In this document: one piece after another, positions 12,801-23,389 of the stretch
Position numbering within the stretch: position 1 is the first letter of the stretch
How the letters are laid out: the number at the start of each line of letters is the position of its first letter
Assembly: GCF_001194135.2 (NCBI RefSeq)
Contig: NC_068990.1
Location: 83,919,840-83,954,145, forward strand
Source of the DNA: Octopus bimaculoides
Taxonomy: Eukaryota
Direction of reading: 5' to 3'
DNA: 34,306 nucleotides
Notes under the pieces: generated by a model
Seen by the model: the letters and a program-made list of their open reading frames with translations, nothing else
What the model was told of the DNA's origin: nothing
Database searches by the model: none
Program-made: the position numbers and the translations under genes

Positions 12801-13029
12801 TTCCTTAACTCTTAGATCTTTATTCAGATATCTGGCAACCATGGCTGCCAGCGGTGAAATATAAAATAGTTCTGTTTAGCCTCTCGTACTTCGATTGGAA
12901 AAAAATCCACACCTTTCTGCCCCAGTAAACCACCATAGTTCCTGATGATTGTTTTTTTTTATATATTTATATTTTCTATGCATTGCTTCAAGCTCCCTTT
13001 CACCGTGCCTCTCGATCTTTGGACCTTAC

Positions 13030-13067
<38 letters not shown>

Positions 13068-13361
13068 TTATCTATATAATATATGCGTCTGTGTGTGCGT
13101 GTGTGTGTGTGCGCGCGCGTGCGTGTGTGTGCACGTGTGCGTTAGTGTGTGTGTGTGTGTGCGCGCGCGCATATATTTATGTAAGTGTGCATGTATGTCT
13201 GAAAATATATACACCCACATATACACACATTCATAAAAATATTCATATTCATATTAATGTATACATACACACGAACTACTTTCATCCCATATACATGAGT
13301 GAATGACTAAAAACCGGTGCATTTCAATTGCCTCTGTTACATATACTCTTACATATTTCAG

Positions 13362-13433
13362 AGACCTGAGTCGCACTGGAATTACGAACATTGGCAATGG
13401 TTCTTGGCAACACCTTCAGAATTTAAAGAAATT
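13362..13433 (+). CDS. LRR exon 10, type B (72 nt): DLSRTGITNIGNGSWQHLQNLKKL
   Basis: tttcag acceptor, gtgagt donor; consensus Asn replaced by Thr. Confidence 0.85.
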
Positions 13434-13635
13434 GTGAGTTGAGTATATTTTTGCCTGTGATTCTATATTCATTAGATTTTATATGTTTCTACGCACATGC
13501 ACACATAGATATACATATATTTTTATATGACATTATTCAATTTTATTTCAACATTTCTTGCCAATTGAGAAAGAGCTGGTTTCTAACCTAGATTCAAGGC
13601 TCATGTATATGTAGCTTTATATGCATGTATATATT

Positions 13636-13720
<85 letters not shown>

Positions 13721-13986
13721 TTACAGGCGTGTATATGTGTGTATGATGAGAAAGATATCGTTGTATTGATGGGTGTAGGTGTATATATTATATTCTACTT
13801 ATATATGTGCATATATTCTTCTACTTCATTCATTTTTAGCTTTGCTCAGGTCTTCAGACACTTCTCAATTATTCCTTCTCTATACAACCCACCTTTCCTA
13901 CCACAATCTCAGTAACTCTTCTTCACACATTAATGTTCTTTAATGATCTGTCGTTTTATTTTATTGTTTGTCTTTTTATTTTTCAG

Positions 13987-14058
13987 AATCCTTACTGATA
14001 ATGAAATATCGAATATTGAAGAAGGTCAATTCGAAAACCTCGACAGTCTAGAGGAACT
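13987..14058 (+). CDS. LRR exon 11, type A (72 nt): ILTDNEISNIEEGQFENLDSLEEL
   Basis: tttcag acceptor, gtaagt donor; LRR consensus. Confidence 0.92.
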
Positions 14059-14519
14059 GTAAGTTGAATCAGACTTGTATATATATATACATGCATGGAA
14101 TATATGTACAGTACTCTCCCTCATATTCAACACCAATGGGTCCTGAGTGTTACTGAAAAACGGAATTTTCCAGATATCTGATCATCACTGATCAAATGGT
14201 CCAAAGTTCTATATAAAACTCATTAGAACTCTATATATCCAGTGGGCGCATTCTTCTTTGTATGTAATTGTGACATACAAAATGGAGTGTTGCTTCTCAA
14301 AACGTAATATTTATTTTTCCTTCATTTACTGTATATGCCTGTATTTTATAAGATTAATGAAACTTGTTCTTTATGCAAATTATGCTTATATTTTCCGCTA
14401 TTTCCCTATTTCCCGCTATTTCAAAATATTACTGATAGTACCGATGGCTATATAGAGTTTTAATTAGTTTTCTAAGCTGCTTTGAGCCATTTGATAAGTG
14501 ATGATGAAATATATGGAGC

Positions 14520-14700
14520 AGATAAGATCCGGGCTACGTACGTTTCATAGTGAGCGGAACCCCGGAAGTGGTAGACATCCAAACAAGGTGTATACCACAG
14601 GTTACTCTTCGGGCCAAAGATACCTTGATTAAATGAAGCTTATATTGTCGTTAAGAGGCAAAACACGGAAGATCCGATCTGAATGCGAAGAGAACACAGT
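14520..14700 (-). mobile_element. Hammerhead-bearing repeat, copy 3 (inverted)
   Basis: Reverse complement reads GGC-CCGAAGA...GAAAC-GTAC-GTA-GCCC (core 14535-14612). Confidence 0.5.
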
Positions 14701-14923
14701 TTAGAAGATGTGAGAGGGTGCACATACATTAAAAGGTATTATGCATATATATATATGAAAATATACAAACACACATACATATATACACACATTCATAAAA
14801 ATAAACATATTTATATCAATGTATACATACACACGAACTACTTTCATCCCATATACATGAGTGAATGACTAAAAACCGGTGCATTTCAATTGCCTCTGTT
14901 ACATATACTCTTACATATTTCAG

Positions 14924-14995
14924 AGACCTGAGTGGCAACAGAATTACGAACATCAGCGATGGTTCTTGGCAACACCTTCAGAATTTAAAGAAATT
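14924..14995 (+). CDS. LRR exon 12, type B (72 nt): DLSGNRITNISDGSWQHLQNLKKL
   Basis: tttcag acceptor, gtgagt donor; LRR consensus. Confidence 0.9.
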
Positions 14996-15656
14996 GTGAG
15001 TTGAGTATATTTTTGCCTGTGATTCTATATTTATTAGATTTTATATGTTTCTACGCACATGCACATATAGATATACATATATTTTTATATGACATTATTC
15101 AGTTTTATTTCAACATTTCTTGCCAATTGAGAAAGAGCTGGTTTCTAACCTAGATTTAAGACTCATGTGTATGTATGTTTGTATGCATGTATATATGTTT
15201 GTTTGTATATATAGTTGAAATTCACAGAAAAACAACAAATGGCTCGAGAAGGTGAGAAAGTTTCTTTCATCATCATGATATTTGAAACTGATCAGATTGA
15301 AAATAGTGAAAGTGGCCCAATAATTACAGTTATAAACTTGAACTTGTAATCTGCATAGAGTAACTGTTGATTCCTCAATAGTTCAGCGCAGGTATTCACT
15401 TTTTCGCTAATCGTCAGCTTTATTTTAACACCCGTGGGAAACTGATTTCCACAACTGTATAAGTTTTTCTTCTCAATCCCAAATCACTATGTCAGGTCTA
15501 TTATATATACATTTTATTGAGGTTTTTACTGGTATATTCCATCAGTATTTTTCATTATGAGTGGCTATGGCTTCTACCACACTGTAGGTTCTTGTATGTA
15601 TGTATGTATGTATGTATGGTTGTATGTATGTATGTATGTATGGTTGTATGTGTGTT

Positions 15657-15718
15657 GTGGAGGCGCAATGGCCCAGTGGTTAGGGCAGTGGACTCGCGGT
15701 CATAGGATCGCGGTTTCG
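15657..15718 (+). mobile_element. SINE family 1, 5' head, cut off by gap
   Basis: gtggaggcgcaatggcccagtggttaggg... runs into the N run. Confidence 0.9.
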
Positions 15719-16537
15719 NNNNNNNNNNNNNNNNNNNNNNNNNNNNNNNNNNNNNNNNNNNNNNNNNNNNNNNNNNNNNNNNNNNNNNNNNNNNNNNNNN
15801 NNNNNNNNNNNNNNNNNNNNNNNNNNNNNNNNNNNNNNNNNNNNNNNNNNNNNNNNNNNNNNNNNNNNNNNNNNNNNNNNNNNNNNNNNNNNNNNNNNNN
15901 NNNNNNNNNNNNNNNNNNNNNNNNNNNNNNNNNNNNNNNNNNNNNNNNNNNNNNNNNNNNNNNNNNNNNNNNNNNNNNNNNNNNNNNNNNNNNNNNNNNN
16001 NNNNNNNNNNNNNNNNNNNNNNNNNNNNNNNNNNNNNNNNNNNNNNNNNNNNNNNNNNNNNNNNNNNNNNNNNNNNNNNNNNNNNNNNNNNNNNNNNNNN
16101 NNNNNNNNNNNNNNNNNNNNNNNNNNNNNNNNNNNNNNNNNNNNNNNNNNNNNNNNNNNNNNNNNNNNNNNNNNNNNNNNNNNNNNNNNNNNNNNNNNNN
16201 NNNNNNNNNNNNNNNNNNNNNNNNNNNNNNNNNNNNNNNNNNNNNNNNNNNNNNNNNNNNNNNNNNNNNNNNNNNNNNNNNNNNNNNNNNNNNNNNNNNN
16301 NNNNNNNNNNNNNNNNNNNNNNNNNNNNNNNNNNNNNNNNNNNNNNNNNNNNNNNNNNNNNNNNNNNNNNNNNNNNNNNNNNNNNNNNNNNNNNNNNNNN
16401 NNNNNNNNNNNNNNNNNNNNNNNNNNNNNNNNNNNNNNNNNNNNNNNNNNNNNNNNNNNNNNNNNNNNNNNNNNNNNNNNNNNNNNNNNNNNNNNNNNNN
16501 NNNNNNNNNNNNNNNNNNNNNNNNNNNNNNNNNNNNN
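15719..16537. other. Assembly gap
   Basis: N run. Confidence 0.97.
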
Positions 16538-16545
16538 CATGCAAG

Positions 16546-16635
<90 letters not shown>

Positions 16636-17084
16636 CATACATACATACATACATACATAGAGAGAGAGAGAAAGAGAGTATGCGTGTGCCTATCTAGATT
16701 ATCTAAGATCATGTCATGTAATCATTGAGTTAGACTCCATATGTTCTATTATAATCCAAAACAGTTGCCTGAGTAGAAAATTCCTGCTATTAGGCAGATA
16801 ATCCCATGCTGCAAGTCTGTTGGCTATAATGGTCATGGAATATAAATTAAAGAATAAGACAGGAAAATATAGTGTTAAATTATTTACTGAAATCTTTTTA
16901 ATACGTGTTTCAGTTACAATTAATTCAGTCTAATCTCATGCATATATTGTTAATTATAATGGAAACGCATGTAAATTTGCCATGAATAAATAAACACTAT
17001 TCTTTCCTGAATTGAACTTTATATGTGTGTGCATCTATGGGCACGTAAGTGTGACTGTTTCTCTGTCTGTCTCTCTGTGTGTAT

Positions 17085-18030
17085 GAGTCATCATTATGGA
17101 AGGTTTCACCATTCAAAGAATTTTGCAAACTTCGAAATAAATTGTAATCTGATGGTGTAAGGTCAGGGCTATATGGTGAATGTGACATCACTCTCCAACC
17201 AAGCGTGAATAATTTTTCACAAGTTAGCAAAGGCGTGTGTGAACTAGTGTTGTCATGTTGGAAAACGATTCCTTTACGATTTGCCAATTCTGGCCGTTTT
17301 TCTTTGATTGCTTCCTCCAGTTTTATTAGTTGTTCACAGTAAACATCTGAGTTGATCATTTGGTTCCTTGGAAGTAGCTCAAAATACACAACATCTTTGT
17401 AATCCCACCAAATTGATAGCATAACCTTTTCTGGTGCAATTCAGCTTTCGATGTGGTTTGTGTTGGTTCATTATGTTTAGAGCATGATTGTTTCCGGTTG
17501 ATGCTGTTGTAGACAATCCATTTTTGATCACCAGTGATGACTCGTTTAAAAAAGAGTTCGATTTCATTGCGTTTGAGATGTATATTGCAAATATTGATTC
17601 GTTATTTTAAGTGAATATCTTTTAATTTATGTGGAGCCCAAATATCGAGCTTCTTAACGAGTCCAAGGCATTTTAAGTGATTTTCATTTGTTGTGTGTGA
17701 TACATCTAACCTCTCTGCAATCTCTCTCGCACAAGTATATGACAATCAGGTTCAATTATGGCTTTGATTCGGTCATCATCAACTTCAGAAGGTCGACCAG
17801 AACGTTGGTCATCTTCAGAACGGAATTTTTTAAACTATTTCTGACATGTGTGTTCTGTTAAACAATCAACACATAAAGTTCACATATCTCTGAGTCTCAG
17901 TTTCAGCAACTTTCTTACCTTTACGGAAATAAAAAAGCAAAATATGGTGAAAATTTTGTTCTTTTGCACTCCATCTTAAAATTGACACTGAACTAACAGC
18001 GGTAAACAAAATTACGCGCAATTTGCTTCT
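17085..18030 (-). mobile_element. Mariner (DD34D) transposase remnant; ends approximate
   Basis: ITGDQKWIVY, MLSIWWDYK, FQHDNT, HSPYSPDLTPSDYNLFRSLQNSL; frameshifted. Confidence 0.92.
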
Positions 18031-18675
18031 ATAGTGAGCTAAAAGTGACGGCTGTCAAACGTCAATAGGAAAAAAAATCATAAAGTTGACAAAAGTCATT
18101 CAAAAAGATTATAACTCTGTTTGCGAAAAACAAATTATTTTGGATCAGTTAGGATTTATTATGAAGTTACTGATAGAAATGATAGTTACTGATAGTTAAT
18201 GATAGAAAACTGGGATAACATTATGAACGAAATATTTCGCGTTAGAAATAAGTGACAGATAACTCAGAGTACAGGGAACGTATATTTTCGTTCAAATATA
18301 TATTTACTAGACATCTCTGAATGAAAATACACGGGATAATATGTTAAGAGGTTAAAGATATAATTTGTGTTATACACGAGAATGCCATGTAAAAATCAGA
18401 AACATTAATTTCAGAGATAACAGCTTTTTTTACGCAGACGTTTTTTTTTTTTATTAAATATATTTTTTATGTTCCATATTGGGTTGTAGAGGCACCACGT
18501 AAGATTTCTGTCTTAAAATATCTCAAGCAAACTTCATTTCTAAATAGACCGACAAGAACCTAAAGAGAAATGGAACACAATACTAAAGGCAGAGCAATTT
18601 ATTTTATTTGTGTTGACGAAATAGAAATACAGACGTTTGTGAAAGTTTATTTCTTTCATTTTTATTTCCTTTCAG

Positions 18676-18747
18676 AAATTTGAGGAACAACCAAATCAAA
18701 GAATATCAAGATGGCGCATTTTCATCTCTTTCAAACATAACTGGAAT
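18676..18747 (+). CDS. LRR exon 13 (72 nt): NLRNNQIKEYQDGAFSSLSNITG(I)
   Basis: tttcag acceptor, gtatgt donor; LRR consensus. Confidence 0.9.
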
Positions 18748-19473
18748 GTATGTTCAAGTCTGCTCTTCTTTTGTTTATTACAAAATGAAAACATTTTATT
18801 TGTAAAAATAAAATTCATAAATTGAGGTAAAACTATTACAGTTATTTGTTTAATATGGAGGAGGCATCCATTAGTCTCACGAAACCATGTGTCTACGCCT
18901 GGTAAATCTTGCTTCAGTCTTGTTAGCAGAGCCTCGTCTATTGTGATCATAAAGAGAACACACGTGAGTGACAGTGTCGACTGTAATGACTGCATTTGTA
19001 GGTACTGTCCAGTAGCCACATCCTGATGCTGTTTTTCTGATTCTGCAGAAAAGCTCAGCCTCTTCTCTCGTCTTTTAAAACCCTTGTCTAGTAGGAATGA
19101 TCATCAGTAATGTTCCCCAACTTTTCAACTTTCGCATAAAGCGACTTCATGACTCTATTGCAAACATTGTTGAAACGGTGACGGAGTCGTCCTTGTGTTG
19201 TATTACCGGATGCTAGTTCATAATACAACTTGTTTTTCGTGATCTTCTCATCTTACATGCAGTGTACATGGCTGGCTCAGCCAGTGGAAACGTAATTATT
19301 GCAGTAGGATGAGAAGGCCGAGGTTTTGCGCACGGGACAACATGTCATTACCGAAGAATTATTTGGGGTTACTCAGTCTACCCTCGGAAGTGTGACTAGT
19401 AATGGGTGCACGGGAAACAATAGTTTCAGAGACTTTTGTGTTGTTGTTAACCCGCTACCTGATATTCTCCCCA

Positions 19474-19516
<43 letters not shown>

Positions 19517-19789
19517 ACCTTTCTTGGTAATCGGGGAAGCAAGACTTAAAGTTGTACTTACTACCACGCGTTTAGGGATTATAGCAGATCACCAAAATAG
19601 GCGATGGACTACTTTGATACCCTTTCTCTCAAGTTTCAGTTTCTACCAGATTCAACTAAGCTTTAAGCCCCCCTTATACAATGCACATCAAAGATACAAA
19701 TACATTCCAGAAAACCATAAGCGTCAAAACTTTTAAGCATCTAAACAAAGTTTTCAATTGATCTTATACAAATTTTATTGGAATTACAG

Positions 19790-19956
19790 TGACTTGAGAA
19801 ACAATAAAGACATGGTCTGTGGATGTCATTTACCAGATCTTATCGAGCGTATAAGTAAAGCAGACAACAGGAATGTGACTGTCCTGGGCTACTGTATAGA
19901 GGCTGGAACCAACCATACCAAGTTAACCCATACGCAGAAACCTTCGCAATGTAAAA
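19790..19956 (+). CDS. LRR C-terminal cap exon (167 nt, phase 2-1): DLRNNKDMVCGCHLPDLIERISKADNRNVTVLGYCIEAGTNHTKLTHTQKPSQCK
   Basis: ttacag acceptor, gtaggt donor; CxC...C...C four-cysteine LRRCT pattern; lies within ORF 19758-19964; phases link exon 13 to 21611. Confidence 0.85.
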
Positions 19957-20210
19957 GTAGGTGAAATCTTCCTTAATTCTGTTGCAATCGTTTCTTCTCT
20001 TTATACGATCTACAGAAATCCACGATGAAAATTCCATATATTTAATATAATTTCCTCTGTTATATATTATCTCTGTAGCAGTTTGCACAACATACTTATC
20101 AATCAAATATGCGAGTTTTTATACTTTACTCCTTGCATTTTACATCAATATTTTACAGATCTTATTTATACTTAGTGTAATTGTTATCTGTATCTCTCTG
20201 GAACTTCACA

Positions 20211-20764
20211 GAAAAAAGGTTCTTCTCTCTATCTGGTGGGATTGCAAAGGAGTAATTCACTTTGAATTGTTACCACCTAATGCAACAATCAATGCTCAAG
20301 TCTACTGTCAGCAATTAGAGCGTTTGAACCAAGCTTTGAAAGAAAAAAAGACTCGCTTTAGTGAATCGAAAAGGAGTGATGTTTCATTAGGACAATGCGC
20401 GACCCCACACTGCAAAGATCACATCACAGAAGATCGAAGACCTTGGTTGGGAAAAAATTCCTCATCCACCTTATTCTCCCGACCTTGCTCCTTCATACTA
20501 CCATTTGTTTCGTAGTTTACAGAATCATTTGGGGGACATAACTTTCGCAAGCCAGGAGGAGGTCGAAACTGATATTTCAGACTTCTTCGCTTTGAAACCA
20601 AAAGAGTTTTACATTGATGGGATTAAAAAACTTGTAAATAGATTGAAGGAAGTCATAGATAATCAGGGAAAGTACATTGATAATTAAATTCCAATTAAAT
20701 ATAACACTTGATCACTTGTTTTCTTTATTCAAAATCCAGACAGAACTTATGGGATGACCTGATA
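20211..20764 (+). mobile_element. 5'-truncated mariner remnant with TIR-like 3' end
   Basis: LSIWWDCKGVIHFELLP, PHPPYSPDLAPSYYHLFRSLQNHL, GIKKLVNRLKEVIDNQGKYID; ends ...cttatgggatgacctgata. Confidence 0.92.
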
Positions 20765-21075
20765 GATTACGCTGCAAATTGATACCTTACCAGTTACAGG
20801 TTTTATAAGGGAGGTCACTCTTAAATATAGAATAAATACTTCAGAATTACGTCCCTTTTTTCGGATTATTTCAACATATTAATGCCTTGATCTGACACCG
20901 GAATTTAAAGTAAAGAGAACACGCCTTTACCTACCTTTTTATGCCCTTTTTTATGCCTTTCCAAATTGTATCAGTGATGTAACTGCAACATCCTCGTGAC
21001 GTGACTGCAAAGCGAATGTTTATAGTCTTCATTTGAAAATATGTTTATAAGCTTAATTAACTATTGGCTCCCATA

Positions 21076-21272
21076 TTCTTTTTACCTGTTTCAGTCATTT
21101 GATTGTGGCCATGCTAGAGCACCGCCTTTAGTCGAGCAAATCGACCCCAGGACTTATTGTATCGGTCTCTTTTGCTGAACCGCTAAGTTACAGGGACGTA
21201 AACACACCAGCATCGGTTGTCAAGCGATATTGGGGCGACAAACACAGACACAAACATATACACATACATACA

Positions 21273-21313
<41 letters not shown>

Positions 21314-21475
21314 GACGGGCTTCTTTCAGTTTCCGTCTACCAAATCCACTCACAAGGCTTTGGTCGGCCCGAGGCTATAGTAGAAGACACTTGCCCAAGG
21401 TGCCACGCAGTGGGACTGAACCCGGAACCATGTGGTTCGTTAGCAAGCTACTTACCACCCAGCCACTCCTACGCC
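21076..21475 (-). mobile_element. tRNA-headed SINE, family 2
   Basis: Highly similar to 7295-7703; internal (TA)n. Confidence 0.87.
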
Positions 21476-21610
21476 ATACTCACATATACAACATTCATTT
21501 ACTGAAACTACATATTCTCTATGATTTCTATATATGGTACATGTTGATTTCTTAACTTTTCTCATATTCATTAACTTATACGTACTTATATGTTTCATTT
21601 TAATGTGTAG

Positions 21611-21696
21611 GTCACACGATTAATTATGAGAGAATTCAGTGCCACGTATGTTCGGAGATGAACTGCAGATATCTGACCGACTGCCATGGTATACAG
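21611..21696 (+). CDS. Ly6/uPAR-like domain, first exon (86 nt, phase 1-0): (S)HTINYERIQCHVCSEMNCRYLTDCHGIQ
   Basis: tgtag acceptor, gtaaac donor; CxxC start typical of LU/three-finger folds. Confidence 0.82.
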
Positions 21697-22085
21697 GTAA
21701 ACAGATATTGCTTTCTCACCTTCTGCTATGATATATCACAATTAAAACTGCCCAGATATCGAGAGTCTTCTTTGAACTTGATTTAATGTTCTCTTTGTCG
21801 AAAAATATTTTGATATCTGTTTACATCTCTCTGACAATCAAAATCCTCTGCATCATAGTTCGTGTGAATTAATTAACTCTTTTTAAGCATTTCTAGATTT
21901 GCTCTGAAACCATTTCGAATTTGTAACTTTTAGAGATAAAATACAACTTTAACGAATTAAGTTTGTAATTGGTCTCATCAGCCGGTTAAAAACAAAGGTG
22001 ACTTCCTTCAGTCAGATTATTGAAACACACACGTTGTCGTCGTGTTTGTGGTATCCGATTTTTCTTTTAATATTTATCGCTGCAG

Positions 22086-22266
22086 CCTAGATGTATGACC
22101 ACAATAGCAATGCACGGTGATTCCAAGGTTGAAAAAACATGCAGCACACGCGAAAATTGCACTGAAACTGAGAGACGGAATGTGTCAAATTGCAATAATT
22201 GGACTAAAGGCAATTCTTGTGTTACTTGTTGCAACACAGGCTTATGTAACGAGAATGTTTTCGAAG
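22086..22266 (+). CDS. Ly6/uPAR-like domain, second exon (181 nt, phase 0-1): PRCMTTIAMHGDSKVEKTCSTRENCTETERRNVSNCNNWTKGNSCVTCCNTGLCNENVFE
   Basis: tgcag acceptor, gtaagt donor; terminal CCxxxxCN motif of LU domains; overlaps ORF 22095-22298. Confidence 0.88.
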
Positions 22267-22319
22267 GTAAGTTTGTTTTTTTTTCTTTTTTCATATAAAT
22301 CGTACTCGAGTTGTTAGAA

Positions 22320-22326
22320 TAGCAGC

Positions 22327-22401
<75 letters not shown>

Positions 22402-22416
22402 GGTGTTGGTGGTAGT

Positions 22417-22495
<79 letters not shown>
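22320..22495 (+). repeat. (TAG)n/(TGG)n/(CAG)n trinucleotide tract
   Basis: Directly visible. Confidence 0.95.
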
Positions 22496-22496
<1 letters not shown>

Positions 22497-22689
22497 GCGG
22501 AAATCACTGTAACAATGCGCTGCTACATCCATCATCTGTTGGTGATTGCTTACTCCTGGAGGATGACACATATGCGCCACCCAGGCAACAATCCTCCAAC
22601 CCACGGGTCTGTTTGGGCAGTCGTTGCTGGTGAGGGTTTAACAAGGTCGGAGTGCAAATCCTACTTCAACTTCTTTTCACTGTCTTTTA

Positions 22690-22976
22690 CGACATGCTGA
22701 AGAAACGTTATGTCTTTTCTTTGATATGCCGATCCCACCAGGCCATGTGTCAAAGATCGTTTCCGAGTTATATAGACTCCATGACGCATATATTCTCCGC
22801 TGGACAAGACGCCGGTCCGTTGCTGGGTTACTGAATTTTCCCAGCTGAGCAAACTGGGTCAACGTGAAATGAAGTGCTTTCCTGAAGAGCACAACGTACC
22901 TCCCGATCCACGAATCGAAACCAGAATCTTGCGGTCATCAGTCTGACATCTTAACCACTAACGCACGCCCCTCCAC
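22690..22976 (-). mobile_element. Older tRNA-headed SINE
   Basis: Reverse complement begins gtggaggggcgtgcgttagtggttaagatgtcagac...ggtttcgattcg (A/B boxes), followed by a SINE-core-like segment. Confidence 0.65.
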
Positions 22977-23209
22977 GCTGGGTTACTGTTACCAAAGGCC
23001 AATTACGGCCAGCCCCTTCTGAAAAGTTCCGATAATCTCAAGAATGAAGAATTCTTCTTCAAACTTGACATGCCATTTAAGGAAAATGACAGGTTTATTT
23101 TCTGGATATAAGAGGCACACGTGTTTCTGTCTCAGTAGGCGTCATCAGCACAACAACCGTCTCGTCTTGTTTCCAGTAGCAAAGGGACTTAGACTTTTGA
23201 AAAAGAGCG

Positions 23210-23330
23210 TGTATATATATATAAGTATGGATATGTGTGTATATGTATATGTATATGTATACTTATATATGTATGCACATTTATGTATATATACATATAT
23301 ATATGCAAACACACATACACACACGCACAC

Positions 23331-23389
<59 letters not shown>

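Larger units (their letters stand above)
8290..15200 (+). repeat. Tandem segmental duplication array of LRR exon plus intron cassettes (A-B-A-B-B-A-B)
   Basis: Intron flanks of the three type A exons and of the four type B exons align with each other; 9168-11810 parallels 12685-15200. Confidence 0.92.

Noticed and set aside
8326-14995. CRISPR-like or prokaryotic repeat array
   Set aside because: Eukaryotic intron-exon sequence; the recurring units are spliced LRR exons with homologous introns.
11524-14995. A/G-rich differences among type B exons as a sign of a deaminase-driven diversifier
   Set aside because: Few sites, and transitions are the commonest substitution class; not distinguishable from ordinary mutation here.
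18750-19450. Possible decayed transposon coding sequence (also 1200-1750)
   Set aside because: No recognisable protein motif found by eye in either orientation.
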